DNA of 59,382 bases from Macrostomum lignano (taxonomy: Eukaryota), in NCBI GenBank assembly GCA_002269645.1, contig NIVC01000295.1, positions 1 through 59,382 of the forward strand. The letters run 5' to 3'. The notes below the pieces were generated by a model. It ran no database searches and was not told the origin of the DNA. It saw nothing but the letters and a program-made list of their open reading frames with translations. Positions 34,372 to 51,000 of this stretch are shown here, piece by piece (the stretch's first letter is position 1; each line of letters starts with the position of its first letter). Position numbers and translations under genes: made by a program.

Positions 34372-35626
34372 TGAAGCTCGTGGATCTCATTGCTGGTAGA
34401 TTGCAGTTTTTTAGGTCTTACAGCTGGGAACCATCTTCTACTGAACTTTCTGACTAAGATTTTTTCAAGTTGAGAGCAGCTCTTTTTAGTCATTTTTCTT
34501 TTGAAGTAGCTAGCTAAACGTACGAGCGCTCGTAAGTAGTGTATATTTACGAGTACGTGAACTGTCTTACTTTCTCAGCTACAAATACAAGTGTAGACCA
34601 TTAGAACTGTACGGTTTTTCATTAAATTGTGAATGGTAAAGAAAACCACACACATCATTTTGGCTGTCATATAAAGTTGCAGCAAGAGTGTAAGAACTTT
34701 TTCAGTGCATTGTTTTGTTATAAATACTTTTCTACAATAAAGAGTGTTTATTTTTTATGTACACAGAGGGTTGCTACATATAAATATTCTAATTTGTCTT
34801 CACCATTGATATAAAATCTTCGATTTCAACAAGTCTATTTGTGTCGTGCTGAAATTGAAAGGCATTATGAAAATATTAGAATTATAATTTTATGATTCTG
34901 GCGAATAAAGAATTAAATTTTATTCAATACCGGTTAATTTTGCTAATAAAAGTAACGTTAGCTAAGAATCAGTACAGGGAATTCATTAGAAATATTGGAC
35001 AAACGACTGGATAAATATTGAAATATTGGTTACAATATTGGTAAATGTTGAATACTTGAATATACATTCAGTGATCAGATGTAGATATAATGGCCGGTTC
35101 ACAAAAACTACAAACAATTGAACGTCTAGGTGAAAATGTAGGATTACATTGATTGCTGCACTCAAGGAATATATGGACTTTTGCACTCGACGAATACTTC
35201 GACGTCGACAGATTAAATTGTCAGGCTCTCATATTCGGCTATTTTTTAAGAATTCAAAAAGACTACTCCGGAGGAAGAAGAATTGAAGAAACGAGCTCGG
35301 AGAACCTTGCCCGACAAAAGCAGCTTTTCAACTCCAGCAACCAGCATTCGATCACGTTTTTTTTCAAGTTACGATTCGACAATAATCAAGGAGTTCTATA
35401 ATTATCCTGCTAATTATAAAACTCCTTGACTATAATAAGGGTTTATTTTTATTATCCCTGCTCACTCTTGGCCATAGAACCAAACTCTAGGAGTTAAATA
35501 TGCAATAACGTCAATTGAGTTCGTCTAATTTGACTTCAAACAGTTAGCGTACGCTCGTAGCAGAGTGGGACAAAGAATCAGTTTAGAATTAACTTCTGTT
35601 CATTTTAGCATTAAATTTCAACAAAC

Positions 35627-38221
<2,595 letters not shown>

Positions 38222-39137
38222 TGAAGCTTAATGTTTTAGGTTGTACAGCTGCACCAACTTCAAATGCACTTTCTGACTAAGATTCTTTTATTTTGAGTTT
38301 TTGAGCTCTTTTGAGTTCTTTTTTATCAATTACGCTCGCAGCTACCCGTAAAAAGTATGTGTTTACTTGAAATGACCTACTTTCTGAACTGCAAATACGA
38401 GCGTCGATTATTTGAACTGTTTGGTTTTTATAAAGTTAGTATGGTAAATAAAACTACACATTTCAACCATCCTATAAAAATTTGCAGTAGGAGCTAGCGT
38501 AAGAAACTTGTCAGCCCATTGTTGCTTTATAAATATACAATAGAGAGTGTTCATATTTAATGAAAACAGCGGTGTGTTATTGATATAATTTTTTTAAAAT
38601 ATTTTTCTTCTCCTGCACAAATTTTCTAACAGTTTGCTTGTATGAAAGTATCAGGAACATAACTTTATTCTCAAATAATAACTTTTATTTAGTACCTGTT
38701 TGTTTTTCAAATAATTGTAACTTTTGTCAAGAATTAGTACAGGAAATTAATATTTATGTGCTAGCCCTTATGGTTCCTACTGAAATTATCTCACCAAGTT
38801 GCTGCAGTTCTTTAGTTCTAATTTCTCTATCCTATAAATTGTCACTAATATATCTACTTTGAGTAGCGTTGGCAGCCCTAATCTATGACTCTTTCCTAGA
38901 GATTTCTAATTTCACACGATTTCCTAGAAACATTGCGATAGCGTATAGTGCCTGAGCGGTAAGACACTGTCTAATTCCCTAGTTCTGTCCGAAAGTCTAG
39001 CATTTTCCGGGGATCAAGGGTGTCCAGCGGTAACTAATCTACTTCCCTAATACCTAATCTCTTAATGCCTATTATTGGCCTGTACGGCTTTCTTAGGATC
39101 TGTACGATCTCGATCTCCCTACTCAGGTTCTATTCTT

Positions 39138-39300
39138 GGGTCTCCACGACCTCTGGTTTCCTAATCAGATCCTTAGTTCTGGGTCTCCACGACCTTTGGT
39201 TTTCCCTATCTAGAGTCCTGGTTTTGGGTCTCCACGACCTCTGGTTTCCCTATCTAGAGTCCTGGTTTTGGGTCTCCACGACCTCTGGTTTCCCTATCTT
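39138..39300. repeat. 44-bp tandem repeat (~4 copies) inside a ~0.9-kb insertion
   Basis: GGGTCTCCACGACCTCTGGTTTCCCTATCTAGAGTCCTGGTTTT at 39138, 39181, 39226 and 39270. Confidence 0.9.
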
Positions 39301-39915
39301 ATGAAAGAAATAACGAGATAAGTCTTAGCCAAATTTAGATTTGTTTCGCTAAAAGATTCTCGCAAGAATAGTTAAAGGCAAATATTGAGAACGATCGCTG
39401 AGGTTATATTTTTCTAGCGTCAACCTGATTCCTTAAATACAGAAAATTTGGGGAAGGTGGGACGCATTTTAACAATTACTAAAATTATAACAAAAGGATT
39501 TGATTTGTTTGGGGAAATTAAACAAATGTGGAAGAAAATTTCTGATTGGCTGTGTATAAAACTCGGGTTTAACTACTGTTATAAGTAATATACAAAGTTT
39601 ATAAGGATTCTGCCTCATTTAGCTATAATCAGTGCTACTAAAGAATTAGAATCACTGAGCATAAGACTGGATAATTATTGAAACCTTGCTTACATTGGTA
39701 AGTGTTGAATACTTGAATGCATATGCAGATCTAAATAAAATTGCCGGTTTACAAGAACAATAATTAAACGATCGAACTTCTCAGTTAAAATGTAAAATTT
39801 ATATTGAATTGCTTCTTGTAAGCTACAGCTAGATTAAGTACGTTTGTAAACTTCTAACATTTGTTAGTGCACAGCGGTATTTTCTGGAATGTCATATAAT
39901 ATCAATTACATGACA

Positions 39916-42900
39916 TTACGTTACATACATGTCCTGGCTAGAACAAGGCGGCCTGTCTTCTTCTGTTGAGTAATAAACTACAGGATCCTCAATCGCAGCT
40001 GCTGGTCTCGACTCCATTTTGAGTGCTTCAGCTGCCGCGTTGCTGCTTGCAGCTTTGCTTTGTCTGTTATGACGACATTTTTTGCAGTTACTCGCGGCTA
40101 CACTGAGCAATGTTAAGATCAGAGCCAGACTGACAATCGCGATCACAACCCATTGGACCAGAAACACCGGCATTCTCCACCAAGGAACGAGTCTGGCGCC
40201 TGCATTCAGATTTAATTAACATGCGATGTAATATTGTGGTAAGGCTCTCCTATTACTAATAAGCAAATAATAATTAATAGCTTCTTTAATCACTGCAAAC
40301 CTATGCGCAAATGCGCATTATTAATCTGCGATTAGAACCAATCTTTGTACATTGAGTTTTTTTAATGCACTGGAAATTATAATATTTAAAATACCGCGTA
40401 AATACAAGTATATATAACAAAGCTTCAATTTTCCTTTGAAGTGCATTAAAGCGAGCTAAAATGTCAATCGTATGAAGCTTCCAGTTTTAATTGCATGCAT
40501 ACAGCCCCATCCAAAAGATGAGATATTGACATTTGCATATGCTAAAAATGAGTTGTCTGTATGTATGTATCCAGGAGTATGCGATCGATTTTAGAAAAAA
40601 CTTGCACCATTTGATCAGAAGTTTAGTGCTAAAAGTAAAAAAGAAGTCTAACACCAATTATTTTTAAACGAAATTGGGCCTTCAAATAAATTTTGGTAAG
40701 TTCAAATAAAAGAGGTTGCATCCTCAGGCAACTGAACTCAAAGACTCACCGAACTTCGATTTTTGCGGCAGGTTCAGCTGTACAGTCAAGCTTCCATTTA
40801 GCTTTCGGCACTCGATAACTGATCCTGCTATGTCCGTTACGGGATGAACCACAACGGAGAAGTGTGACGTCACAGAACTGAGACACTGAGGGCCCACTGG
40901 ATCGGAAACTACCTGAAATTTAAAGAGTTGCTATTGCAGCTGGTGATATTTTTGACAAGGAGAACTTTCCAAGTTATCACAATTTGCGTACCAATTGTAT
41001 TAGCTGAGCAGCAATATTTGTGCTGTTGGTTGTCCTCAGCTTGCACCGGTGTCTCACTCTGGCACAAGCGGACGTGGACACAACACGGAACTGAGCTAAC
41101 CCGGTACGAAGCCACAACTCAGGCTTTAGCAGGTCGATGCTCAAAGACTCCGGATCCACTGCAAGTACAATATGAGTTTTAAATAAATGGGAAAACTACT
41201 GACCCGTATAGTCAATGAGGAGGTTCAGTTGAACTTTACACTGAAAACTATCAAGATTCTGAACACTATCAGATTCATTGCGTGCATATTGCGACTAGGG
41301 GTTTCAACCTCTTGGGCGTGAATTATACAAGCTCTTGGTCTAACTTCATTCAAGCATGCATTCATTATCGCTCCGCTACGATTCTAAGACTCATCAGAGA
41401 CGGACGTCTATAATACTCGTAGATAGTAAATCTTTTAATCATTTGAACGCTTACTTTGAGGCAAGTAAAGCGACTTTTTTAACTTGCTCAGACCGCCCGC
41501 TGAAAACTCGCAGGTGATACTACGAACGCACTGGTGGTCGAGTCTGCTGTAACGAAACTCAAAGGTAACCATGGTGCCGTTCCGTTGCCAATTTTCCTGG
41601 AATGATCAATCGTAACTTGCTTTTCAGACTTTATATTCTCATACAGTATTCTCCTCTTAAAAATATCTGGTCCCACGCAAGTACGAGTATTAGAAGATAA
41701 TTACCGATTGGAGATAAACTTGGATGAAACGGTTTCTACATTCCTTGTACAATCGGCAAGTTGCTGATGTGTCTTTTGCAGCAGTTTGCAAAGCAACTTT
41801 AAACACTGAAGCGGACTTCTTGGACCATTGGTCTGCATCCCATATCACTTCGCTTGTCCCTGTGGGACAAACAGATAAAGACAACTGTAAAAAATGTAAC
41901 TTCAAAACTATTTTTGAAAAGCGTATATGCTTACAGTTCATCAAAGGCAAGTTACGTGACACAATGTTTCCATTCAATAGGTGGCACTCGATAACTGAAC
42001 CATTGATGTCTGAGGGCTTAACGTTCACTGAGAATAGCGAACTTACTGGACTAGTGCAGGCATGTGCACCTTTTGTTTGTTGTTCTACCTAAAGTTTCAT
42101 CGTCATAATTAAATGCATAAAAATTGAACAACGGCCAAAAACTTATAAATCAGCGAAGCATACCGAAGCTGCTAATAGAGCCGCGACAATCGAGCTATTA
42201 CGACTAGATATTGACAGTTCGCATTTTCTCGGAACGGAGCAGCGACTTTCCGCTAATGTTCGAAATTGGACCGAGCCCTTCAATGGCCACTGGTCAGGCT
42301 GTAGTAGCTCAATCTGCAGTGAATCTGAATATGCACTTTTTAATAACTCAAATTAGAGTATGGTTCAGTGGAACTTCGTGTAAATATGAAAGTTGTTAAC
42401 TCGATCGGTATGAATAATCGAGATTACAAAAATCTTTTTGTATTTTATTTTCACTATCGTTTGTTACAAAGAAAAAGCTCGTTACGTTGCTAACACAGTG
42501 AAATGACTGTGACGATACCTTCCAGGCTGTGTTGTTTCTCCTGATGAGTTTTTTCCCAAACGACAGCCGCCAGCGCAATCATAGAGATTCGTAACATATT
42601 TGGATGCGGCTGGGAGCACTACTGTTGAATTTTTGATCGGATTCAACACCACCACAAGCTAAATGTGTTGAAAGCCCTGTACATCAAACAGTTAAAGCCT
42701 ACCCGAAATGTACAACTGACAGAAAAGGGGCTAGTACTATTCTTAGAATTTTTAGACCATTCTACGGCTACTTAAACCTGTTTTAAAACTCTTGGCCCGT
42801 ACTTTCATTTTATTACCGTCCCATTACAGAATGCTGTCACATGACGATGCTGCAAGTTACAGCGAAACATGTTGGGAATACAAATAAAATATTTTCGTCA

Positions 42901-44991
42901 TAATATCAATTTTATAGGATGCAAATCTTTGCAATAATCTTCTTGTTTTTAGCATTTCTTAAGCAAAGTAGCATTCCTAAAATTTAAAGTGAATTGAAGT
43001 ATCAATTTGCCCCATTAAATTTGGCACTCGTTCATTCGTAAAATTCTGCGCACTAACCAAAACCATTCTGCTTAACCTACAGCGCTGGCGGTTAGCAGCC
43101 CCCATTTTTGCAAACCAAGCTTTTGCTGATGGAAAAAAACGTTACAAAATGGTAGAAAACTTACCAATAGAAGAACTGTCTTCAACGCAGAATTGAAACT
43201 GAAACCCGGGCCTCACGACATATTCATCTGTTTTCAACGCAAGTGTCACGTTATTTGATGTTGGCCGTGACCCTTAAAAGGGCCGTTTTAGTCCCAAAAT
43301 AAGTTGAAGTCAATTCTTGTAAAGCGGATTTTGTAGCGGAGCACTTGGCGATAAAGGCAGGAACTGCCGTAGTTGTCTTTATTGTTAATATCAGTATTAA
43401 GTTTGGTTGTTACTGGCAATAAACAGGCTATAGCTTTCTGGGCACTGGCGGCTGCAACAATGGGTTGAATATAATTTGGATATGAAGTCAAGTGGCAGGC
43501 GAATGACACAATGGCGACGTGACGTGAGCAGTGGCTATGAGCACAGTGAAGGCAGTGAAACGTAGTGGCGAGTTTGGCGTCGGTCGTGGCGTGAAACAGT
43601 CAAGTAAGTGTGTGAGCAGGCTGGCCCAGACAGAAGGGCCGTGGTGAGAAATAAGGAGGCTCGAGGCAGCCAGACAAACAGATAAGACAGCTAAGAGGCA
43701 GCAGGGAAGGAAACAAGGAACAAGCGGAGAGCCGCCGCTAGGCGGGGGGGGGGGTTTAATAAAAGAGCGCAGAGGGGGGTAGCGCGAGCACGAGTGATTT
43801 CATTGGCTGGCGAGAGAACTTAAAATTATCGATCGTGCCAATTTTATACGGTCGCGAGAGAGGATAGCAAAATATACAGTGAATTAGAAATTGCCACAAA
43901 ATCGTTGGGCACTACTACAAGTAAACGTCGCAATAAACGAATGGAAAAGTTTAGTTGAAACGGTGAAACTGAAGGGTTGAATGACTATGGAAAACAGCAG
44001 TCCAACGGCCCTTTTCGGGACCACCTTAAACTGACAACTGAAATTCAGCACATTGTTGGCGACCTTGTCATGTTTTCCGGTTAAATTCAATAGTGAAGCG
44101 GAACCAATATCAGACACCAAACCTTTGTATATCTGCAATATGTCGTTGCCGGCCTCTAAATGAAACGAATTAAAATAAATTCGAACAATTTGAAACTCCT
44201 CGGCATGAATACTCCAAGCCTTGATCAGCTGATTGGTGTAGTTTCTTGAACCGAATTCCGGATGACTCGTTCGTATTCCCCAGATTTCTCTGATAATTTC
44301 TACGGGTATATCTGTCCAATTGTTTGGTAGGAAAAATATTTGGGTTGTATAATTGTCATGAAAAAAATAAAAATTTTTTTTATTTACTTCTTTCTGTTAT
44401 CAATCCCTGCAAACGAACATTGAACGGAGCGGAAGATTCATAATGAAACCGGAAACCCGATTTCCACTTGTCACCTTTGATAGAACATCTCAGCAGAGCT
44501 GGTGCGGACACCCAGTATTCCGACAGTGAATAAGCATTTCTTAAAATTTGAAAATTTTCTACCGGACTAAATAATTTTTTTATATTTCCATACACGTGAA
44601 CAGTGCGACAGACGATGTCAACCGTAGAAAATGAGATTTTTATCGATAAGCCGGCACCTGGATTTAAAAGCCAGCAGTGATCGAAGCTGTTTGCTAGCTT
44701 TGCATTGTAGTCGATTGCAGCAGGACTAAGTGTGACGCTTCCGTGCATTTCAGTTAAATTAGACGGTGCTCTGCAGTTTCCTGGGGTTTTAGCTGAAAGT
44801 TTGAAAGCATTTTTGGATGTTTAAAAATCGACGAAATGGCGGAGTGCGCGCCTCTCATTGCCGATAGGTTAACGTCGGCAACAGCGCTTCGTTTGGATCA
44901 CTGTAATAAAAAACTCACCCGCTAGTAACTTGATTCCATGGTTTATAACAAAAAGAAGGCAGACAGCCTTCAGGTTCGCTGTTAGCAACAT
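39916..44991 (-). CDS. Type I membrane protein A: signal-like exon, CUBx2, repeated Cys module x2, TM, short Tyr-containing tail (contains lesions; possibly a pseudogene)
   Basis: Exons: 44991-44919, 44792-44388, 44311-~44045, 43272-43165, 42658-42402, 42324-42164, 42088-41935, 41859-41705, 41655-41494, 41258-41204, 41158-40992, 40912-40750, 40199-39916. CUB text: SHPEFGSRNYTNQLIKAWSI..FNSFHLEAGNDILQIYKG..VTLALKTD..PGFQF. TM: VFLVQWVVIAIVSLALILTLLSVAA. Lesions: in-frame TGA in the 42.6-kb exon and an interrupted CUB2. Confidence 0.65.
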
Positions 44992-45571
44992 TTTGGTTAA
45001 GAGCTAATAATTGCCTTTGTGGTGCGCGAACGGTTTCTGAGATAGCTTTGAATTTTAAGATAGATTGAACTCTTTTATTCACTTGATATAAACAAACGCT
45101 TAATACAGTTCCACAATCATCTGCGATCTCTTTTCCACTGAAAAGTTATCTTTGGATTAAGTCGATGTTAAAATTGACTGTCAGAGTTAACAGCGTGTGA
45201 AGCAGTATAGTCGATAACATGGCTCACTTATTGTAAACAGGTCTCTTTCTGGGTCACATCTGGAATTTTTAGTGCCCAATCGTGTTTAATTTTATACTGA
45301 AGGCAAGTTGGTTTATTGGTTGTCTTGAGTACTTTTCAAAACAATATTTGCGGACAGTATTTAAAATACGCTATGAGGTATTTTTATACTCGTAGCACAT
45401 TATTATGATGAGTAAATTTATATCTCAGCATCCAACTGTGGAAAAGCATGTCTAAATTTAGTGATTTTTGTAAAAAAAATGGCATAGTTTCCATCAGTAA
45501 TAGTATACGCCTATTCTTGATAAGCATGGTTATTCAATATTAGAGGCAGGAGCTTTAGGAACTTTAGCCGC

Positions 45572-45830
45572 ATTGTCACACAAACGGCGACAGGCATTAT
45601 TGTCCATTCCGCCGACTCCCCTGAGCAGACACACAAGCGCGCGGATACGTACGCAGTCATACGCACAGGCACACACTCACACAAGGTGTACAGTGGCGCT
45701 AATTTTATTTATCGTTAGGCATGTACACTTCACTGTGCCTTGGGGGTTGGCCCTCAAGAGCATTAATTGCACGAGCAGAGCTAAGCCGAGATGATCCAAA
45801 GTAATGTGACTGCATTTGGAATCGAGCCTA
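45572..45830 (+). mobile_element. Dispersed repeat, copy 2 (inverted relative to 20195-20460)
   Basis: Direct alignment; GCCGC occurs on both flanks (possible 5-bp TSD). Confidence 0.72.
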
Positions 45831-47599
45831 GGCCGCTAACAAAAAAGAGCGCTGCACCGCCCTGTATGCTCAGGATATCTACTAGATCTAGGTTTAAATC
45901 AGAATGAATATGCTTTTTTCATCTTAAATGAAGGCTGACTAAAAGGTTTGAGTCTCCGTCGGTGTTAGAGTATTATCAACATGTTAACCCTGTCATCATT
46001 TTGGCCTGAAAGCTTGTAGCCTAAAAAATCACTTATAAATTTATTGTAACTTTGATCGAAACAATAGTTTTTTTTTAAAATCTAAGTCTGTTTCAAGATG
46101 TTGTGGGTGTGATAGGCCTCTTGGCTCTCTGTTAATAATTATACTGCTGTTACCAAATTGTTGTAGGGGTCGGGGTTTATTAACTTTATTCTGTTGCTGA
46201 TACTAGATTATTACAGGGGATTTCGGGGGGTTCTTTAGAATTTAGGGAGAAAATATGCAAATATCACTACTAGAAGGAGTATGCTTTAAAGTTACTCCTG
46301 GCAGCGTGAGTGTCCGAGCGGCAAGACACTGTCTATATAAACTAATCCGAATAGGGCTACGCAATGGATTAGAGTTTCCTGGGAAACGCACTAATGGGGA
46401 ATTTCAATATTTAATAGGGAATGCTGACATTAGGTAAGGGATGGGCCTAATGGGGAAGGAGTATAGGGGAAGAGGATTTGTCTAAATTTTAAAAACTTGG
46501 GATAAGTCGCTAGGAGCGCGCAGGGACTGGGCGGCCTTTGCGTTAGGGGAAGGGGAAGGGGAGGCTTGAATGCACACACAACTGGGGGAGAGGGGTCGAG
46601 GGGAGCACAGTTCTTTCAACTAGGGGGGAGGGGAAGTGTTCGCTGGGAGGGGAGAAGCGGTCGGCGCTTCAAGGGAATAGAGGGGTTATTTATTGGGGAA
46701 AGAAAGGAAGACTGAAAGCTGAATCACTTCTATTTTTAGAACAAACTGTTCATACTCCAGACTCAGCTAGGAGCAATCGCCAGAAGAGCATGCAAGAAGA
46801 AGAAGTTTATTTGCGCGTATATATACTAATTTTACTAAATATGGCGGACAATTTTAAACAAAAATACGTAAAAGAATTTATTAGCAGAAAAGTTACAGTA
46901 TAAAATCAGTTATTTATTTACGTATACTTACTTCTGATAATGCTAAAATTAATAATGACAGGAAAAATGAATTTACGTAAAAAACGAGAAAAGCTAATGT
47001 ATTAAGTCAACTTGGTTACTAGTAAAGCAAAAATGAACGACAAAATATCAAGGCTTAAAAAACAGAGTTTATAAAAATAGCGCTGGCACATGAGCATGCG
47101 AGTTAATTCGATAATTTTATTTTGAGTTAGTATTTATTTTTAGGTAAAATTATTGCGCGTGAAAAGCGGAATAGAAACAAAAGCCAATAACAACATCATC
47201 AAAGGAATATCAAAGGAATAATAACAAAAAAATTAAACCTTTACCGCATATCTATATTTACGTAAAGTATACTTTTGACGGTCCAACTAGCTGTCTAAAT
47301 ATTGTATTTTATAATAAAAACGTAGCTTACCACTTAATGTTATTTGTGACGAAATAATCGTTGCGCGTAAAATTTCTTCTCAGTAGTGCAATCTACCTGA
47401 TTTGGGACCTTATTGAAATAATCAGTGCGTATTGATCACTTTAATTTCCAATCATGCAGTAATTGATGTCACCCGGAATATAATTATGCAATTACTCTAC
47501 ACACTCTACACAAAATCTGAATTTCACAGGAGAACTTTAATTCTCTTTAAATGGCAGTCTCACATGGCCTCACGAAAACGTACACTTCATTTTGCGATA

Positions 47600-47910
47600 G
47601 CAGTTACGACGGATAAATGAAACCATGGACAATTCTAAATAACTTTTGCAAGCCGAGTTTGCCCCACAGGGATTTTTGACAGTCTTTGAGTATATGGCCA
47701 GTTGCAGGTCCAAAGACTGCGTCGTAACTTTACCAGGCTTGTCATTTGTGTTGTTAATCGTGACAAGTTTTTTTCCCAAGCGACAGCCCAGACCAATTAT
47801 AGGGATTTGGAAGGCACTGGCAGTTTCCACACTCCTAATCCATATTTGAATGGCTGTTAGTGGCAAAAAGTTTTAATGGCATCTTTCTTATTATCGGTAG
47901 CTAAAATAGT
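47600..47910 (-). pseudogene. Orphan exon remnant homologous to the receptor A exon at 42658-42402
   Basis: Shared DNA block AATC.CTAT.ATTG..CTG..GGCTGTCG.TTGGGAAAAAA.CT..AACAACACA; the frame is broken. Confidence 0.55.
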
Positions 47911-48060
47911 TTTCCATAGTATTTTTACAAAACAACAAATACATTCTGTAATTGTAGGTGAAGGTTTTAATTAGGTTAGGATTTCGACCAGCCGTTTAAG
48001 CAACATAGATTTCCCTGTCCTCTATCTAGAATGATAATGATTGATTAGTTACTTTGTGAG

Positions 48061-51000
48061 CTATGTAAATCCTGTGTTTGAGAAAATAATTGTAAAAATT
48101 AATTGCACATAACTTACACAATCTTGTTCACCGTAATCTTGATTGCAAACAGCAACAGAGGCAGATGTAGCTAGCTGCTGCATCACGAGTTCAGTTGACG
48201 GATTTTGCTGACCTCTGCTCATTTTGACGAGTTTCGAGCAAAAAAAGAAAGCTGCAACCAGGACAGAAACGACAGTTGCTACTGCTAAACCAATCAGTGC
48301 CGGTCGCTCCCACACTGTAGCGAGCCTGCCATCTGCAGTTATATTAATTTTAGCTACAAGCATTTTGCCTGTGTTGCTGCAGACATTTCAGTAATTCATT
48401 CGGCTTTATTTACAATCATCATTAGTTGGTCGAAGGGTCGCTTTCACGAGGTCAAAATTTTTCATGGTAGATTTTTTCACGTTTTTACGTCTCAAGCTCG
48501 TAGAAGTGACTCGCAATACTTTTTACGATTTCAAAATTAGAGTTTATGAAGTTTTGACTTCATGAAAGTGATCGAACTTTCTGATTTCGACAACATAAAA
48601 TATCGAGCTTATGAAAGTCCACAAGTTCATGTGTTTAGATTCAGAACCGCACTGAAGCCATGATAATGAATCCAACCTGTTTGCGATAATTAAGTAATTA
48701 AAACTCACCTAAATTTAGCGGCGACAGCTTTAGCACAAAAGAATCGTTGACTAGCTTACAGATAATAACTGATCCTGCCAAAGCTGATGGCTGAGTGATC
48801 GCTACAAACTGTGACTTTATTGTACTGAAGCAACGAGGACCTTTTGGATTTGCTATAGTCTATAATAGAAGCACGTTTATGTAAACTAAAGTTTTAAAAG
48901 TAAAGCGAAATTTGAATATCTACATAATATGCCAGCACAAACCATTTTCGTTCGACGGGCAGTGATGATTGCGGCACCGACAGTCTTTACTCTGCACCGG
49001 TGTCGTACATTAGCACAGGTAGATTCAGAAACTACTTTGAATTGAAGCATTCCGGACAGAGGCCACAGATCAGGCTTTAGTAACTCAATTTTTACGGACT
49101 CTGGATCAACTTCAGTGATTTCAGTAGCGTTTATTAGTATAGTTTGATTTTGAGTGTGACAACAAGGATACATTCTGATCTTTAAAGCGGATCACCATAA
49201 TAGAAGCATCCTAGCTAAGATATATAAACCTCTGTCCTATTTTTTTGCCATTGGTCCTTGCGGCTAGCATTCTGTCATTGCTTTTTAATAGTACATGGAA
49301 TATTGTACCAAATATTATTCGTGTTGATGCATTTCATATGTTACACAGTTAATATAATAATATCGAAATTTCAATCCAACATGAATTAAATCAACAGAGT
49401 TCCTGCAATCCTAAAAGTTAAAATAAATTGGGAAACTAAAGAAGTTGATGAATATTCCTGAATATCTATGAATATTTATTTCGCTTGCCATCGGTTCCTT
49501 TTCTGAAAATATTTCTGGAAATTTTTTTCTTGAAAAATTATGCAAGATAACAACACATGATATACTATAAATACTAACTTAATTTTGCACTCAAATCTAT
49601 TATAGCTTGTTACAATGAAACTTGTGCAAAATTAAGAATTGTCGTTGGAATACAATGAAAGCAACTTACCAGCAGGAAGCGGATGGGAGATGATTAATTT
49701 CGACAGTCCAGAAGCAGAAAACTGGCAGGTGACATTTTTGAAGCAGGCGATCATTTTCGAACCAGTTTTGCGAAAATGGAAAGCAGTCTTGAATAAATTC
49801 GAAGTGTTCGAATTAATCACCTGAAAAGTCGAATTTTAGCATGAAAAAGTGCATGTTTATGAAAACTTTTTTTCGAAATATCAATTATCGGAGTGCTGGA
49901 GTGTTGCATCTTTCAATATATATCATAAATATATAAAGTTCTATCAATATTCAGGATTATAAATGCTTTACCTTTAGTACTATGTGAAAGAATTATCAAG
50001 GGAAATATTTATATTGCTAGCAATTCTTAAAAATTTGTAAGCAAGCTCGAAAACAACACTAATAAGTTTAACTAGACGTGATACAATAAAGTTGCTGTGT
50101 AGTAGTATTTTAGAAAACTATATTCCTAATTTATTTACAAGCTATTTATAAAAAATATGTCAGGGACTACTCGAACATGTTTCGAACTCAAAAACATGTT
50201 TGAGTAGTCCCTGAAATATGTATTTTCGTGATACGCTCGTAAATTCATGTTCGAACATCGGGATTGCTCAAATGGCTGTTGCTGCTGCCTTTACCTTGAT
50301 CGATCAAGGTAAAAAATTATATACGCTAATATACTACTGCAAAGCAGCTGCATAATCTTCTATCCGTTGGCTTGTTTAAGGTAACGCCTTCTGTAAATGT
50401 ACGCATGTAATTAAAACTCATTCGTTTTCATCTAGTTAAAAACTCTTAAGACTTCTGCTACACAACGCGGTTATCCCTGGTATAGTACATGTATGTGCTG
50501 CACACCTTTACTAAATAAGGTCCCAGTTCGAAGCTGGAACTGTTGCATTCGCTCCACAAATTACACCTTGCTTGTACGGAGAAGTTAATTGCTGGGTATA
50601 GCGAAACACTGAATTCTAGACCAAAGTGATTAGACTGGTCAGAAAAGTGCCATCCAACTTCGTAAGCCCCTATAAAAAATAAAGAGGAATTTTATGCAAC
50701 ATTAATCGTATTTAAACCCTGCTGAAGGTAAAGCTGTACGTACATTTCGTTGACCGAAGCGCTGTCGATTCGTAACCGCCGTTCCGCAATTGGCACATGA
50801 TTGTTGAGCCTGCCCAGACCGTGGGATGGGCAGCCACAGCAAATACCGACGTCACTGAGCTGAGGCACTGAGTACCAGCTGACTCTTTTGCAGACTAAAA
50901 CAATTAGAGAATCGAGGCTTTCATTAAAACCTGGCGTTATTAATAGCAAAAACGAGTTTCACTGACAAGGCTGAATTTCGTAGCAGTGTACTTCATTCCA

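Noticed and set aside
38940-38975. tRNA gene (A-box-like TGCCTGAGCGGTAAGAC; also ~46310)
   Set aside because: No B-box (GTTCRA), cloverleaf or poly-T terminator follows.
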